Source of the DNA: Pseudomonadota bacterium
GTDB taxonomy: Bacteria; Myxococcota_A; UBA796; UBA9615
Direction of reading: 5' to 3'
Assembly (NCBI GenBank): GCA_024229515.1
Contig: JAAESI010000117.1
Coordinates: forward strand, 22,419 to 86,418
Length of the DNA stretch: 64,000 bases
Shown here: piece after piece, positions 47,220 through 56,846 of the stretch
Layout of the letters: every line of letters starts with the position of its first letter
Numbering within the stretch: the stretch's first letter is position 1
Position numbers and translations under genes: made by a program
The notes under the pieces: model-generated
What the model saw: only the letters and a program-made list of their open reading frames with translations
What the model was told of the DNA's origin: nothing
Databases searched by the model: none

Positions 47220-48734
47220 GTGCGCATCGCCCTGCTGCAGTGTGAGTTGGAGCACCGTCACCAGGCCCCCCACCTGGCCATGTGCCTGTTCGCACGGGAC
47301 CTGCAAAACGCAGGACATGACGTCCACTGCGGGCTCGTCCACCCCTCCGCGTTGGATGCCGCGGGAGACGCCGCGAGCGGGGTCGATCTGCTCGTCTTGG
47401 ACTCGATCTTCCCGTTCGCGATGGTCCGCCGGCTGAAGGAGCGAACCGGCGCGACGGTGGTGATCGGCGGACACAACGCGCTGCAGCACGCGCTCCGAGG
47501 CCCCGCGGATCTGGCGATCGTCGGGCCGGGACGCCAGGCGATGACGTCGCTGGCCTGGGGAGCCGACCCCGCCCTCATCCCCGGGCTCTGGTGGAAGGAC
47601 CCCGAGGGCGTGCTGCAGGCGTCCCCGGCGGTGCCTGCGGCGCTCGAGTCCCAACTCCTGCCGTTCGATCCGTTCCTGGATTGGGACTACTACGGCCCCC
47701 CGCGGGCTCCCGGATCCAACCTTCGGGTGCCGTCGATCGTGGCCGACTCGGGGTGCGTCTGGAATCGGTCCGCAATCGGCGACGGCGGGCCCTACGCAGG
47801 GATCGCACCGCGGCTCCCCGACGTCCGCCTGGGGCCCGAGGCGACGAAGCAGATCCAATCGACGTTCATTGCCCGCGAGGGAGGCTGCACCTTCTGCGCG
47901 TTTCGCTACACCCCGCACGAACGCGGGGGGGCCGTCGAGGCGGTGCTCGCGCAGGCGGATGTCCTGATCGAGCGGGGCGCGCGGGGGCTGTCGTTGCAGA
48001 CGGAGCACCCCCTCCCCATCACCGCGGCGGTGCTGGACGGACTGGCGGGACGGGGGCTGGACGAGCTCCACATCCGCACGATCCCCTGGCTGCTGAACCG
48101 GAACGTGGCGCTGCTGGATGAGGCCATCGCGGCGGCGGAGCGGACGGGCATCCGGTTGGTGCTCGCCCAGGTCGGGTTCGAAGCCTTCGACGACGCGACC
48201 CTCGGCATCTACCACAAGGGCCTGTCGGGCTCGGAGAATCGGGCGGCGGCGCGGCTGTTGGGGGAGCGCACGGCGGCCCACGACGGCTTCCTCGGGACCG
48301 CCGGCCACGGCCTGGTGCCGCTTCACCCCTGGTCCACGCCGGAGGGGCTGCGCACGACGCTGACGGCGTGCCGCGAGGACGCCCCCTGGCTGCTCCCCCA
48401 GCTGACCCCGGCCAGTCGGATCGAGCTGTACGACGAGTACTCACCGCTGTTCTGGAAGGCGCAGGACGACGGCCTCGTGCAACCCAACCCCGCGTCCTTC
48501 GGTTGGGATTGGACTTGGGCGGATCGCCGCACCGGCGAAGCGGTGGCGGCCTGGGGGGCGATCCTTGAAGCGGCCGTCGCCCCCGAAGCGACCACTGCGG
48601 CGGTGGTGCTCGATGGGGTATTGCACGCCCTGGAGCATCAGTCGAACCCCCAAGATCGTCGGAAGCACTACCTCGACATGCGCGACCGCGCCCGACGCAC
48701 TAAGTTGGATATTCAGGAGTGGAGAGAGCCATGA
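47220..48734 (+). CDS. Hypothetical protein, possibly B12-binding-domain/radical-SAM-like with a non-canonical Cys motif
   Basis: 504 aa; N-terminal Rossmann-like segment (MRIALLQ...DLLVLDSIF...ATVVIGGHNA) resembling B12-binding domains of class B radical SAM enzymes; Cys cluster C-x40-CTFC instead of CxxxCxxC; stop overlaps next gene (ATGA). Confidence 0.4.
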   Translation: MRIALLQCELEHRHQAPHLAMCLFARDLQNAGHDVHCGLVHPSALDAAGDAASGVDLLVLDSIFPFAMVRRLKERTGATVVIGGHNALQHALRGPADLAIVGPGRQAMTSLAWGADPALIPGLWWKDPEGVLQASPAVPAALESQLLPFDPFLDWDYYGPPRAPGSNLRVPSIVADSGCVWNRSAIGDGGPYAGIAPRLPDVRLGPEATKQIQSTFIAREGGCTFCAFRYTPHERGGAVEAVLAQADVLIERGARGLSLQTEHPLPITAAVLDGLAGRGLDELHIRTIPWLLNRNVALLDEAIAAAERTGIRLVLAQVGFEAFDDATLGIYHKGLSGSENRAAARLLGERTAAHDGFLGTAGHGLVPLHPWSTPEGLRTTLTACREDAPWLLPQLTPASRIELYDEYSPLFWKAQDDGLVQPNPASFGWDWTWADRRTGEAVAAWGAILEAAVAPEATTAAVVLDGVLHALEHQSNPQDRRKHYLDMRDRARRTKLDIQEWREP

Positions 48735-49705
48735 CCCGGCTGTTGATCGCGCTGTTCGTCGCTGGCCTGCTGGCCGGATGCCCATCCGAACCGGAGGAGG
48801 AGCGGCCCCCGATCGTCGCCTTCGAGCCGGCCGTGGTGGAGCTCGGCCAATGGACCGTCACCACCGACGGGCTGCCTGAACCGGTCACGGTGCGGCTGGC
48901 CAACCGCGGCTTCGGCCGCGTCTCCGTCACCACCGTCGGCATCGCGGACGACAGGATCGTCACGACGCCGTCGGCGGAACTGCCCGCCGAGGTCGAGCCG
49001 GGCGCGTGGCTGACCATCACCGTCGCGTACGCCGCGAGCCCGACCGGCCCCGTGGACATCAAGACGACGCTGGACGCGACCGTCCGGGCGGTCGGCGACG
49101 CGTTCGACCAGTTCGCCGTGGCGTCCGCGGACGTGCGGGTGATCCTGCTGTGCGACGCCGACGGTGACGGCTACACCGGCGCCGGCTGCGCGGGGCCTGA
49201 CTGCGACGACGAGGACGTCTTCCACAACCCCGCCTCCGAGGAACTCTGCAACGGGCTCGACGATGACTGCAACGGCGTCGCGGACGCCGACGGGGAGGAA
49301 GCCGACGACGACGGCGATGGGCACCTCAGCTGCGCCGAGTGCGACGACGGGGACCCCACCGTGAACCCCGACGCGACCGAGCTGTGCGATGGCGGCGACA
49401 CGGACTGCAACCCCGCGACCTTCTTCGAGGACGGTGAGATCGACTACGACTCGGACGGCTTCCTCAGCTGCGAGGAGTGCGACGACGAGGACCACGACAA
49501 CTCCCCCGACGGCACGGAGATCTGCGACGGCCAGGACAACGACTGCGACGGGGAGCTGTCGGACGCGGAGATCGATGGCGACGGCGACGGGCAGAGCGAG
49601 TGCGACGGCGACTGCGACGACGCCAACCCGGACCGCAACCCCTTCGCCCCGGAGACCGCGGGCGACGGGCTCGACAGCAACTGCAACGGCAACGACGACG
49701 ACTAG
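48731..49705 (+). CDS. Lipoprotein with about 4 MopE-like Cys/Asp-rich repeats
   Basis: GGAGAGAG RBS then ATG 48731; lipobox LLAGC; same repeat type as the 44009..47116 protein (CDDEDVFHNPASEELCNGLDDDCNG etc.). Confidence 0.7.
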   Translation: MTRLLIALFVAGLLAGCPSEPEEERPPIVAFEPAVVELGQWTVTTDGLPEPVTVRLANRGFGRVSVTTVGIADDRIVTTPSAELPAEVEPGAWLTITVAYAASPTGPVDIKTTLDATVRAVGDAFDQFAVASADVRVILLCDADGDGYTGAGCAGPDCDDEDVFHNPASEELCNGLDDDCNGVADADGEEADDDGDGHLSCAECDDGDPTVNPDATELCDGGDTDCNPATFFEDGEIDYDSDGFLSCEECDDEDHDNSPDGTEICDGQDNDCDGELSDAEIDGDGDGQSECDGDCDDANPDRNPFAPETAGDGLDSNCNGNDDD

Positions 49706-49711
49706 CGGCGC

Positions 49712-51517
49712 TCAGCTCCGCGGCTTGGACCGGGGCTCTTCGGCCCGAATCTGGCGACGAAGGCGCCGCGCCTCCTCCGAGGGTCGCGAGTCCAGCTGCT
49801 CCCGCAGGACGCGGACCAGGGAGCCGTACTGGTCCATGGCGTCCACCCTGCGCCCGCCCTCCAGCAGGGTGCGGATCAGGCGGAGGTGGATGTCCTCCCG
49901 CAGGGGATCGACGGCGACGGCCCGACGCAGCAGGCTGACGTCGCCGCTGTTGCCGTCCAGCGCGCGGCGGTAGCGGTCCAGGCGGAGCAGCACATCGATG
50001 CAACGCTCGCGGAAGCGGCTCCGCGGATCAATGGTCCAGACCGCGTCCTCCACCCCTGCGAAGAGGTCACCGCGGTACAGGTCGAGCGCCGCCTGGAGGT
50101 GTGCCCTGGCCGCCCTCTCCGAATCGCCCTGGGCCTCCGCGGTGCGCGCCTTCGCGATGGCGTCTCGGAAGCGCCACAGATCGACGGAAGCGCCCGCCGG
50201 AAGCGCGAGGGAGTAGCGGTCGTTCTCGCAGACGAGCCAGCTGACCGCGCTCTTGTCCTTGTTCGGGCCCAGGGCCTTGCGGAGGGCATAGACCACGCCA
50301 TGCAGGCGGTTCTTGGCCGCCTCGGGCTCGACTCCCGGCCAGAGCAGGCGGGCCAACTGCGAGCCCGCCACGGTCCGTCCGGGCTTGAGCACGAGGAGCT
50401 GGAGCAGCTCCACCGCCTTGCGGCGTGCAAACGCGGAGCGTGGGAGGGGCTCGCCGTCGAGGTGGACCTCGAAGCTGCCGAAGCAGCGGATCTCGACCGG
50501 CGGCTGCACCGCCGCCGGCGGCGGGCCGAGGGCGGGAGGGCGGGGGCCGCGCCAGGCTTCGATGAGCCCCAGCGAGGGGGCGACATAGCGGGTCAGCGGC
50601 AGGGGCACGTGATCGGTGTAGGAGAGCCGGGCGATCCCCTGCAGCACGCCCCCCCGCTCCAGCGGCAGGCAGTACCGGACCTTCGCCGGTCCGCAGCGTT
50701 CCAGGCATGGCTCCGGCCAGTGGACCGAGTCGCCCTCGAGCACCGCCAGGCCCACCTCGCGGACCGGGGCGCAGTCGGCCAGGGACATGTCCCTGGAGCT
50801 CAACGCCAGCCCCCGCGGGCCGACCTCGGCGTTCGACGGCGGGCCGAGCCGGAGCAGGGCCACGTCCGCCGCGGTGAGGGTCCGGAGGCGCTCCCTCAGA
50901 TCCCCTCGAACGTCCGCGTTCGGCCCGACCCAGGCGGCCGCCGAGGCGAGCAGGGCGCTGCCGACGATGCTCCCCAGGCCGGCCAGCACCCGGCCCACCC
51001 GCTCGAAGTCGACGTCGTCTCGCTTCCAGCCGAGGTTGAGCGTGCCGAGCACCCGCCCTGCGGCCCCGATGGGCATCGAGATGAAGGACTTGTACCCCGC
51101 CGCTTTCACGCCGGAGCGCAGGAACCGCTCGTCGTTGTCCAGGCAGCTGGTCTGCACCGCGGCGTTGGTCTGCACCGCCAGGCCGGGGTAGCCATCGGCC
51201 AGGCTGAACCGGCTGATCTCGGCAAAGGTGGCGGCGTCGCAGCCCCGGTGCAGCGTCAGGAGCAGCTCGAGCCCGTCGGGGCGGAGCAGGAAGCACTCCG
51301 CCGAGTCCGCACGGGTGGCGCGCCGCAGCATCTCAAGCACGTCGTCGAGGCTGTCGGCCAGCCTCTGCGGGTCGAGCATCAACGCGGCGCGGCCGATCAA
51401 CGCTAGGTCGCGTTCGTTTCGGCCGATCCGCCGTCGCGCGACAACGGTTCCGTCCAACCGTTCCTGGCCCGGGGGCATGGCCAGGAGGTTGTTGTCTGCT
51501 CGTCCAGACTTCGACAC
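49712..51517 (-). CDS. GAF-domain transcriptional regulator with SARP-type winged helix and BTAD domain
   Basis: 601 aa; N-terminal GAF-like region; winged-helix segment (VEIRCFGSFEVHLDGEPL...HGVVYALRKALG); C-terminal BTAD-like helical repeats. Confidence 0.7.
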   Translation of the reverse strand: MSKSGRADNNLLAMPPGQERLDGTVVARRRIGRNERDLALIGRAALMLDPQRLADSLDDVLEMLRRATRADSAECFLLRPDGLELLLTLHRGCDAATFAEISRFSLADGYPGLAVQTNAAVQTSCLDNDERFLRSGVKAAGYKSFISMPIGAAGRVLGTLNLGWKRDDVDFERVGRVLAGLGSIVGSALLASAAAWVGPNADVRGDLRERLRTLTAADVALLRLGPPSNAEVGPRGLALSSRDMSLADCAPVREVGLAVLEGDSVHWPEPCLERCGPAKVRYCLPLERGGVLQGIARLSYTDHVPLPLTRYVAPSLGLIEAWRGPRPPALGPPPAAVQPPVEIRCFGSFEVHLDGEPLPRSAFARRKAVELLQLLVLKPGRTVAGSQLARLLWPGVEPEAAKNRLHGVVYALRKALGPNKDKSAVSWLVCENDRYSLALPAGASVDLWRFRDAIAKARTAEAQGDSERAARAHLQAALDLYRGDLFAGVEDAVWTIDPRSRFRERCIDVLLRLDRYRRALDGNSGDVSLLRRAVAVDPLREDIHLRLIRTLLEGGRRVDAMDQYGSLVRVLREQLDSRPSEEARRLRRQIRAEEPRSKPRS

Positions 51518-51709
51518 GGGTGCGTAGTGGTGCTTTCGGCTGAGGTTCTGCGGGTGGACTTAGCAAGAACCACGCCCGGAATCAACGGCCCTCGCGTGGG
51601 CCGTCGGAAGGGTCTGTCAGCTGCTGGGGGACCGTACCCGGGCCTATTTGCACATCCGGAGTGTGCGATATGGCCCAGCCCGGCGAGCCTTCGATCGGCT
51701 CCGACCAGC

Positions 51710-53617
51710 TTACGCCTCCGTCGACAGTCCGTAGCGCTTGTCGATGCCGATGATGTGCCCGACGAGCCAGGTCTCCAGGAAGATCATGAAGCGGTCCAGC
51801 ACGTCCGGATCGCCCGAGCCGGCCTCCTCCCGGAGCCCGTGGACCTGCGCCAGGAGCTGCTTGTGCGTCTCCTTGTGCTGGTCGAGGTCGGCGTACCCGA
51901 TGGACTCCATGTAGACCTCTTCGGCGGCGAAGTGGACCCGCGTGTACTCGATGACACCGTCCATGACCGGCCAGATATCCTCGATGTGGCGACCGCGCTG
52001 GATGACCTCGTCCAGGTCGTTGATCAGCCCGATCAGGGTGCGGTGCTGGTCGTCCATGTCGGGCACGCCGACGCTGTACTTCTCCCCCCACTGCATCAGC
52101 GGCGCAAGCACGTCGCCGGGCAGGACCCGGGTCTGGTCGGCGTACTGCGACTCGAACCCGACCGGCGCCTGCGTCATCTTCGTCACGACCCGGTGCATCC
52201 ACACCAGGCAGAACAGCGACAGCACGAACATGAACATCCAGCAGCTGGTCCAGATCCCGGTCCCCTCCAGCAGGTAGCCGAACAGGATCGGGCAGACGAA
52301 GCCGCCGAGGCCGCCGAGCACACCGACCATGCCGCCGACGACGCCGACTTCGTTGGGGAAGTAGTCGGGGATGTGCTTGTAGACCGCCGCCTTGCCGATG
52401 CCCCAGATGGCGCCGAGCAGGATCGCGAGGCCCGCGAACACCCACACGTTGGCCTGGAAGTAGATGCGGGTGACGCCGCGGGCGAGCAGCTGCTTCCGCT
52501 TCACGGCCTCGCCGACCTTCACCATCGGCTCGTGCCAGACGTCCTTGGACGGCAGGATGAGGGTCTCGTCGTCGCCCGTGATCAGGTTCGCGGGCCTCTT
52601 GTCGACGGGGTACGAGGTCTCGCCGACGACGATCGCGTCGGGGAGGATCTCCGAGACGACGCCGTCGCCGCGGGCGATCACGCCCTTGCCGGGGGAGACG
52701 ACCTCCATCTTCGGCACGATCAGCAGGAGGCTGACCAGGACCGAGGTGCCCAGTACGCCGTACATCACCTTGCGAGCACCGAACTTGTCCGACGCCCACC
52801 CGCCGAGCGCGCGGATGACGCCCGAAGGGAAGCTGAACGCCGCCGCGAGGGCACCGGCGGTGACCAGGGTGAGGCCGTAGACGCTGACGAAGTACGGGAC
52901 CAGCCACTGCGAGAAGGCGACGAAGCAGCCGAACACGAGGAAGTAGTACAGGCCGAAGCGCCAGACCCGCATCTGCTTGAGCGGCTTGAGCAGGCCGGCG
53001 AGGGTCTTGCTGGAGACCTCCGGCTTCTTGTTCTCCGTGAGCAGGAGGAACAGCACGGCCACCACGACCATCATCACCGCGTAGTAGACGGGGAGCTGGC
53101 GCCAGTTCTCGAGGTCGGCCCCGTCGTTGGTCAGCCGGTTCAGGAGGGTCGGAGCGAGGATGGTCGTGCCGGCGGCGCCGGCGTTGCCCGCCCCGAAGAT
53201 GCCCAGGGCCGTGCCCTGGTTCTTCTGCGGGTACCAGACCGACGTGAACGCGATGCCGATGGCGAAGCTGGCGCCGCACATTCCGAACCCGAAGCTGCAC
53301 AACGCGAAGGTGAAGAAGGAGTTCGCGTGGGACAGCAGGTACAGCGGGATCGCCGCCAGGAACAGCAGCGACGCGAAGACCGGCTTGCCGCCATAGCGGT
53401 CCGTCAGGATGCCGGCGGGCAGCCGGAAGATCGCGCCGGTCAACACCGGGATGCCGAGCAGCCAGCCGATCTCGACCGGACCCCAGTCGAACACCTGGTT
53501 GCTCGCCAGGAACGTCACGAGGACGCCGTTGAGCATCCAGCAAGCGAAGCAGACCGTGAACGCGAACGTGTTCACCGTCAGGATTCGATGGGAAGTAGCG
53601 GTGGCCTCCTTCAGCAT
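51710..53617 (-). CDS. narK: NarK-type nitrate/nitrite transporter (MFS, NNP family) fused to a C-terminal bacteriohemerythrin domain
   Basis: 635 aa; MFS helices with NNP signature GIFGAGNAGAAG; an 85-aa insert between the two 6-helix halves; C-terminal 125 aa with hemerythrin motifs (DDQHRTLIGLINDL, HFAAEEVYM, DQHKETHKQL, WLVGHIIGIDKRYG). Confidence 0.8.
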   Translation of the reverse strand: MLKEATATSHRILTVNTFAFTVCFACWMLNGVLVTFLASNQVFDWGPVEIGWLLGIPVLTGAIFRLPAGILTDRYGGKPVFASLLFLAAIPLYLLSHANSFFTFALCSFGFGMCGASFAIGIAFTSVWYPQKNQGTALGIFGAGNAGAAGTTILAPTLLNRLTNDGADLENWRQLPVYYAVMMVVVAVLFLLLTENKKPEVSSKTLAGLLKPLKQMRVWRFGLYYFLVFGCFVAFSQWLVPYFVSVYGLTLVTAGALAAAFSFPSGVIRALGGWASDKFGARKVMYGVLGTSVLVSLLLIVPKMEVVSPGKGVIARGDGVVSEILPDAIVVGETSYPVDKRPANLITGDDETLILPSKDVWHEPMVKVGEAVKRKQLLARGVTRIYFQANVWVFAGLAILLGAIWGIGKAAVYKHIPDYFPNEVGVVGGMVGVLGGLGGFVCPILFGYLLEGTGIWTSCWMFMFVLSLFCLVWMHRVVTKMTQAPVGFESQYADQTRVLPGDVLAPLMQWGEKYSVGVPDMDDQHRTLIGLINDLDEVIQRGRHIEDIWPVMDGVIEYTRVHFAAEEVYMESIGYADLDQHKETHKQLLAQVHGLREEAGSGDPDVLDRFMIFLETWLVGHIIGIDKRYGLSTEA

Positions 53618-53648
53618 CTTGGTGTGTCTCCAGGGACGCCTCGCCCGA

Positions 53649-55289
53649 TCAGCAGCTGCGGGCGGAGCCCTTTCTCACGTAGAACCACCAGTTCACGACC
53701 AGGCAGGTGGCGTAGTAGCCGGCGAAGCCGTACAGCGCGTACTCCGGCGTTCCGTTCTTGATCTGCTGGCCGAAGATCTTGGGGATGAGGTACGCCCCGT
53801 AGGCGGCGACCGCGGCCGTCCAGCCGAGCACGGGACCGCGCAGGTCCTTGTCGAACAGCACGCCGATCATGCGGAAGGTCGAGCCGTTGCCGATCCCGGT
53901 CATCGCGAAGAGGATGATGAAGAGGATCAAGAAGGGCATGAAGTACTGGGTCGGGTCCTCGGACCGGGCGGCCGCCGCGGTGAACCAGCCCGCGCCGATC
54001 GTCGCCGCGACCATCACGATCGTGCTCCAGTGGGTGACCTTCGATCCGCTGTCGATCTTGTCGCTGAGCCAGCCGCCGACGGGCCGGATCAGCGCGCCCA
54101 CGCCCGCGCCGATCCAGATGTAGGCCGCCGACTTCATCCCGGTCGGGTCGCCGGCGTGCTCGCCCACCCGGATGACGCCGAAGACGTCGTCGATCAGCTT
54201 GGGGAAGGCGTTGGCGTAGCCGATGAAGGAGCCGAACGTCATGACGTACAGGTAGGTCATGATCCAGTTGTCCCGCTCGCTGAAGATCGCGAACTGGCCC
54301 TGGAGGTTCTTCTTTGTTTCCGCGGGGGTGAGGTACCTCAACAACGCCAGCGTCGTGACGATCGCCACGATGGCCACGAGGAACGTCTTCAGGAGCACCG
54401 GGAAGCCGCCCCAGGGGATGATCAACAGCACGATCGCGAGCGCCGCGCCGGCGAAGCCGAGCGTGGTCATCCAGAGGTGCTTGCCCACCGCCACCGGGGT
54501 CGGCCCGCAGTGGTGGAAGGGCATGTTGTCCATGAACAGGAACGCGAGGATCGTGCAGGTGATGATGATCGGCACCCACACCAGGCCCGCGTTCTGGACC
54601 CACATCTGGGCGGCCGCCCCATCGGCGGCGTAGCTGTACGGGTCGCCGCCCATCGCTCCGAACATCCCGAACGTGATCGCCCACGGGATCAGGAACTGCA
54701 TGGCGCTGACGCCGAGGTTGCCCAGCCCCGCGTTCAGCCCGAGGGCCAGGCCCTGCATCTTCTTGGGGAAGAAGAAGCTGATGTTGGACATCGACGACGA
54801 GAAGGCGCCGCCTCCGGTGCCGGACAGCGCCGCGAGGATGATGAAGACGTAGTAGGGCGTGTCGGGGTTCTGCAGCGCGATCCCGGCGCCCAGGGCGGGC
54901 AGGATCAGCAGCAGCGTGGTCATGAACTTCACGTTCCGACCGCCGACGATCGAGATCATGAACGAGTTGACGATTCGGAGGGTGGCGCCGGACAGCCCCG
55001 CCACCGCCGGCAGCAGGAACAGGAGCCCTCGGTAGCCGCCGTCGTCGTACGGCTGCCCGTCGTTCATGAAGGTGAAGTTGAAGAGCTCGCCGTCGGTCCC
55101 GAAGTGGAGCTTCTGGATGTACTTGGCGACCATGCCCCAGTAGATCCAGACCGCGAACCCCAGGAACAGTTGGGGGATCGACACCCACAGGTTCCGGTTG
55201 GCGACCTTCTTGCCCTCGGACTCCCAGAACTGTTCGTCCTCGGGTTCCCAACGGGTCAGGCGGCTGGCGGGGTTCGGACGATCGGTCAT
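53649..55289 (-). CDS. narK: NarK-type nitrate/nitrite transporter (MFS, NNP family)
   Basis: 546 aa, 12 predicted TM helices, NNP signature GLNAGLGNLG; overlapping ORF 53611..55251 is an off-frame artefact. Confidence 0.85.
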   Translation of the reverse strand: MTDRPNPASRLTRWEPEDEQFWESEGKKVANRNLWVSIPQLFLGFAVWIYWGMVAKYIQKLHFGTDGELFNFTFMNDGQPYDDGGYRGLLFLLPAVAGLSGATLRIVNSFMISIVGGRNVKFMTTLLLILPALGAGIALQNPDTPYYVFIILAALSGTGGGAFSSSMSNISFFFPKKMQGLALGLNAGLGNLGVSAMQFLIPWAITFGMFGAMGGDPYSYAADGAAAQMWVQNAGLVWVPIIITCTILAFLFMDNMPFHHCGPTPVAVGKHLWMTTLGFAGAALAIVLLIIPWGGFPVLLKTFLVAIVAIVTTLALLRYLTPAETKKNLQGQFAIFSERDNWIMTYLYVMTFGSFIGYANAFPKLIDDVFGVIRVGEHAGDPTGMKSAAYIWIGAGVGALIRPVGGWLSDKIDSGSKVTHWSTIVMVAATIGAGWFTAAAARSEDPTQYFMPFLILFIILFAMTGIGNGSTFRMIGVLFDKDLRGPVLGWTAAVAAYGAYLIPKIFGQQIKNGTPEYALYGFAGYYATCLVVNWWFYVRKGSARSC

Positions 55290-55354
55290 CGGTCTGCCTT
55301 CATCGCTTCAGCAGCGAGGTGGAGCGTCGATCTCGTCGACCTCGGATGTCTGGA

Positions 55355-56083
55355 TCAGTTGTTCTTGGGCCGCGTCGGGCTCCAGGGGGTCTTCGGATCC
55401 CGGATCCGATCCTTGTTCCAGTTCCACATCACCTGCTGGTAGGGCCGGGAGATGTAGTGCAGCGGCGCCACGAAGATGTGCACGAGGCGCGTGAACGGGA
55501 CCATGAAGAGGATCAGGAACGCGCCGAAGATGTGCAGCTTGATGACCACCGGCAGGGCGAACACCGCGGCGGTCTCGGGGCTGAGCTTGAACAGCGACCA
55601 CAGGTACGGCGAGAGGTCGGCGGCGAACCACGAGGACCCCCACCGGAAGCCGAGGGCGACCCAGCAGCCCAGGACGACCTGGGCGAGCAGGAGCAGCTCG
55701 ATGGCGATGTCCATCCTGGTGGTCACGGCCTTGATCCGCTCGTTCGTCAGGCGACGATGGAGCAGGCCCACGAGGCCGACCAGGATGCTCATCCCGAAGG
55801 TGACCGCGGTGACCTCGAGGATGATCAGCCGGACCGGCTGACCGTTCCAGGCGAGGATCGCCGCCGGCACGAGGAACGCCAGCAGGTGTCCGCCGAGCAC
55901 GATGAGCAGTCCGATGTGGAACGGCATCACGCCCCAGAAGAGCTTCTTGCCCTCCAGGAACTGGGACGACAGCGAGCTGACCTTGAAGCCCGTCTGGCGG
56001 TACCGGATGGCGGTGCCGATGACGAACGTGATCATCGCCACGTAGGGGAACGCGACGAACATGAAGGTGTTCAGGGTGTTCAT
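55355..56083 (-). CDS. narI: Respiratory nitrate reductase gamma subunit (membrane cytochrome b)
   Basis: 242 aa, five TM helices with conserved His ligands, position after narJ. Confidence 0.85.
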   Translation of the reverse strand: MNTLNTFMFVAFPYVAMITFVIGTAIRYRQTGFKVSSLSSQFLEGKKLFWGVMPFHIGLLIVLGGHLLAFLVPAAILAWNGQPVRLIILEVTAVTFGMSILVGLVGLLHRRLTNERIKAVTTRMDIAIELLLLAQVVLGCWVALGFRWGSSWFAADLSPYLWSLFKLSPETAAVFALPVVIKLHIFGAFLILFMVPFTRLVHIFVAPLHYISRPYQQVMWNWNKDRIRDPKTPWSPTRPKNN

Positions 56084-56844
56084 GTCAGCTTCCCGATTCC
56101 GTAGATCCGTTGTTGGGGCTGGGGCGGGGGGACGGCCGTCGACGGCTTGTGTCCCGCGCCCTTCTCTTCGATGTCGAGCTCACGCCCGATCGACGCGAGG
56201 AAGGGGCTGGTCTCCTCGGGCCGGCCCGAGGGGCCGATGCCGAAGTCGTGTCGCACGATGTGCAGCAGCGTGACCAACGCGTTGCGGTAGACGAGGGCTC
56301 GGTCCTGCGACGTCGCGATCAGCGTCTTGTTGTACTTCTGGTAGACGGCGTTCCGAGCTTCGGTCTGCTGCTCGCCGAACTCCCGCACCATCTCTTCGAG
56401 CGCCGGGTGGAAGATCATCTCGACGAACTCGACCACGATCTCCTCGTCCTTCCAGCGCGCCAACAGGCGCAGGACGTTGGGCAGGTGGTCGGCCAGCTCG
56501 CTGCCGCAGTCGATGCCCGCGGCGCGGTGCTCGCGCCGCAGGTTGACCAGCACTTCGGCGCGCTTGTAGTCGTCGCCGAAGGCGATGTAGCCGATGTCCA
56601 GCGTCGTGACGGCCTGCACCTGGAACGACCGGGTGAACAACTCCTGCGCCTCGTCCAGCTCGGCGTCGGTCAGGATCGGCCCCCCGTCGCCGGGGAGCAG
56701 GTCAGCGAAGGCCTTCAGGGCCGGCTCGGCGTGCTCGTACCGACTCTCGACGTGGGCACGCGCCTCCGCAACCCGCGCCGGAAGGTCCGGTCCGGGGTAG
56801 TCGAAGAGCGCCGCGAGGAGCTCGTAGTGGTCCATCGGGATCAT
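56080..56844 (-). CDS. narJ: Nitrate reductase molybdenum cofactor assembly chaperone
   Basis: 254 aa from ATG 56844 (MIPMDHYELLAALFDYPGPD...) embedded in longer ORF 56080..57735; between narH and narI. Confidence 0.8.
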   Translation of the reverse strand: MIPMDHYELLAALFDYPGPDLPARVAEARAHVESRYEHAEPALKAFADLLPGDGGPILTDAELDEAQELFTRSFQVQAVTTLDIGYIAFGDDYKRAEVLVNLRREHRAAGIDCGSELADHLPNVLRLLARWKDEEIVVEFVEMIFHPALEEMVREFGEQQTEARNAVYQKYNKTLIATSQDRALVYRNALVTLLHIVRHDFGIGPSGRPEETSPFLASIGRELDIEEKGAGHKPSTAVPPPQPQQRIYGIGKLT

Positions 56845-56846
56845 GC

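Noticed and set aside
53611-55442. Alternative ORFs 53611..55251 (-) and 53409..55442 (+) over narK
   Set aside because: Arg-rich off-frame products; the 53649..55289 frame gives a 12-helix MFS protein with the NNP signature.
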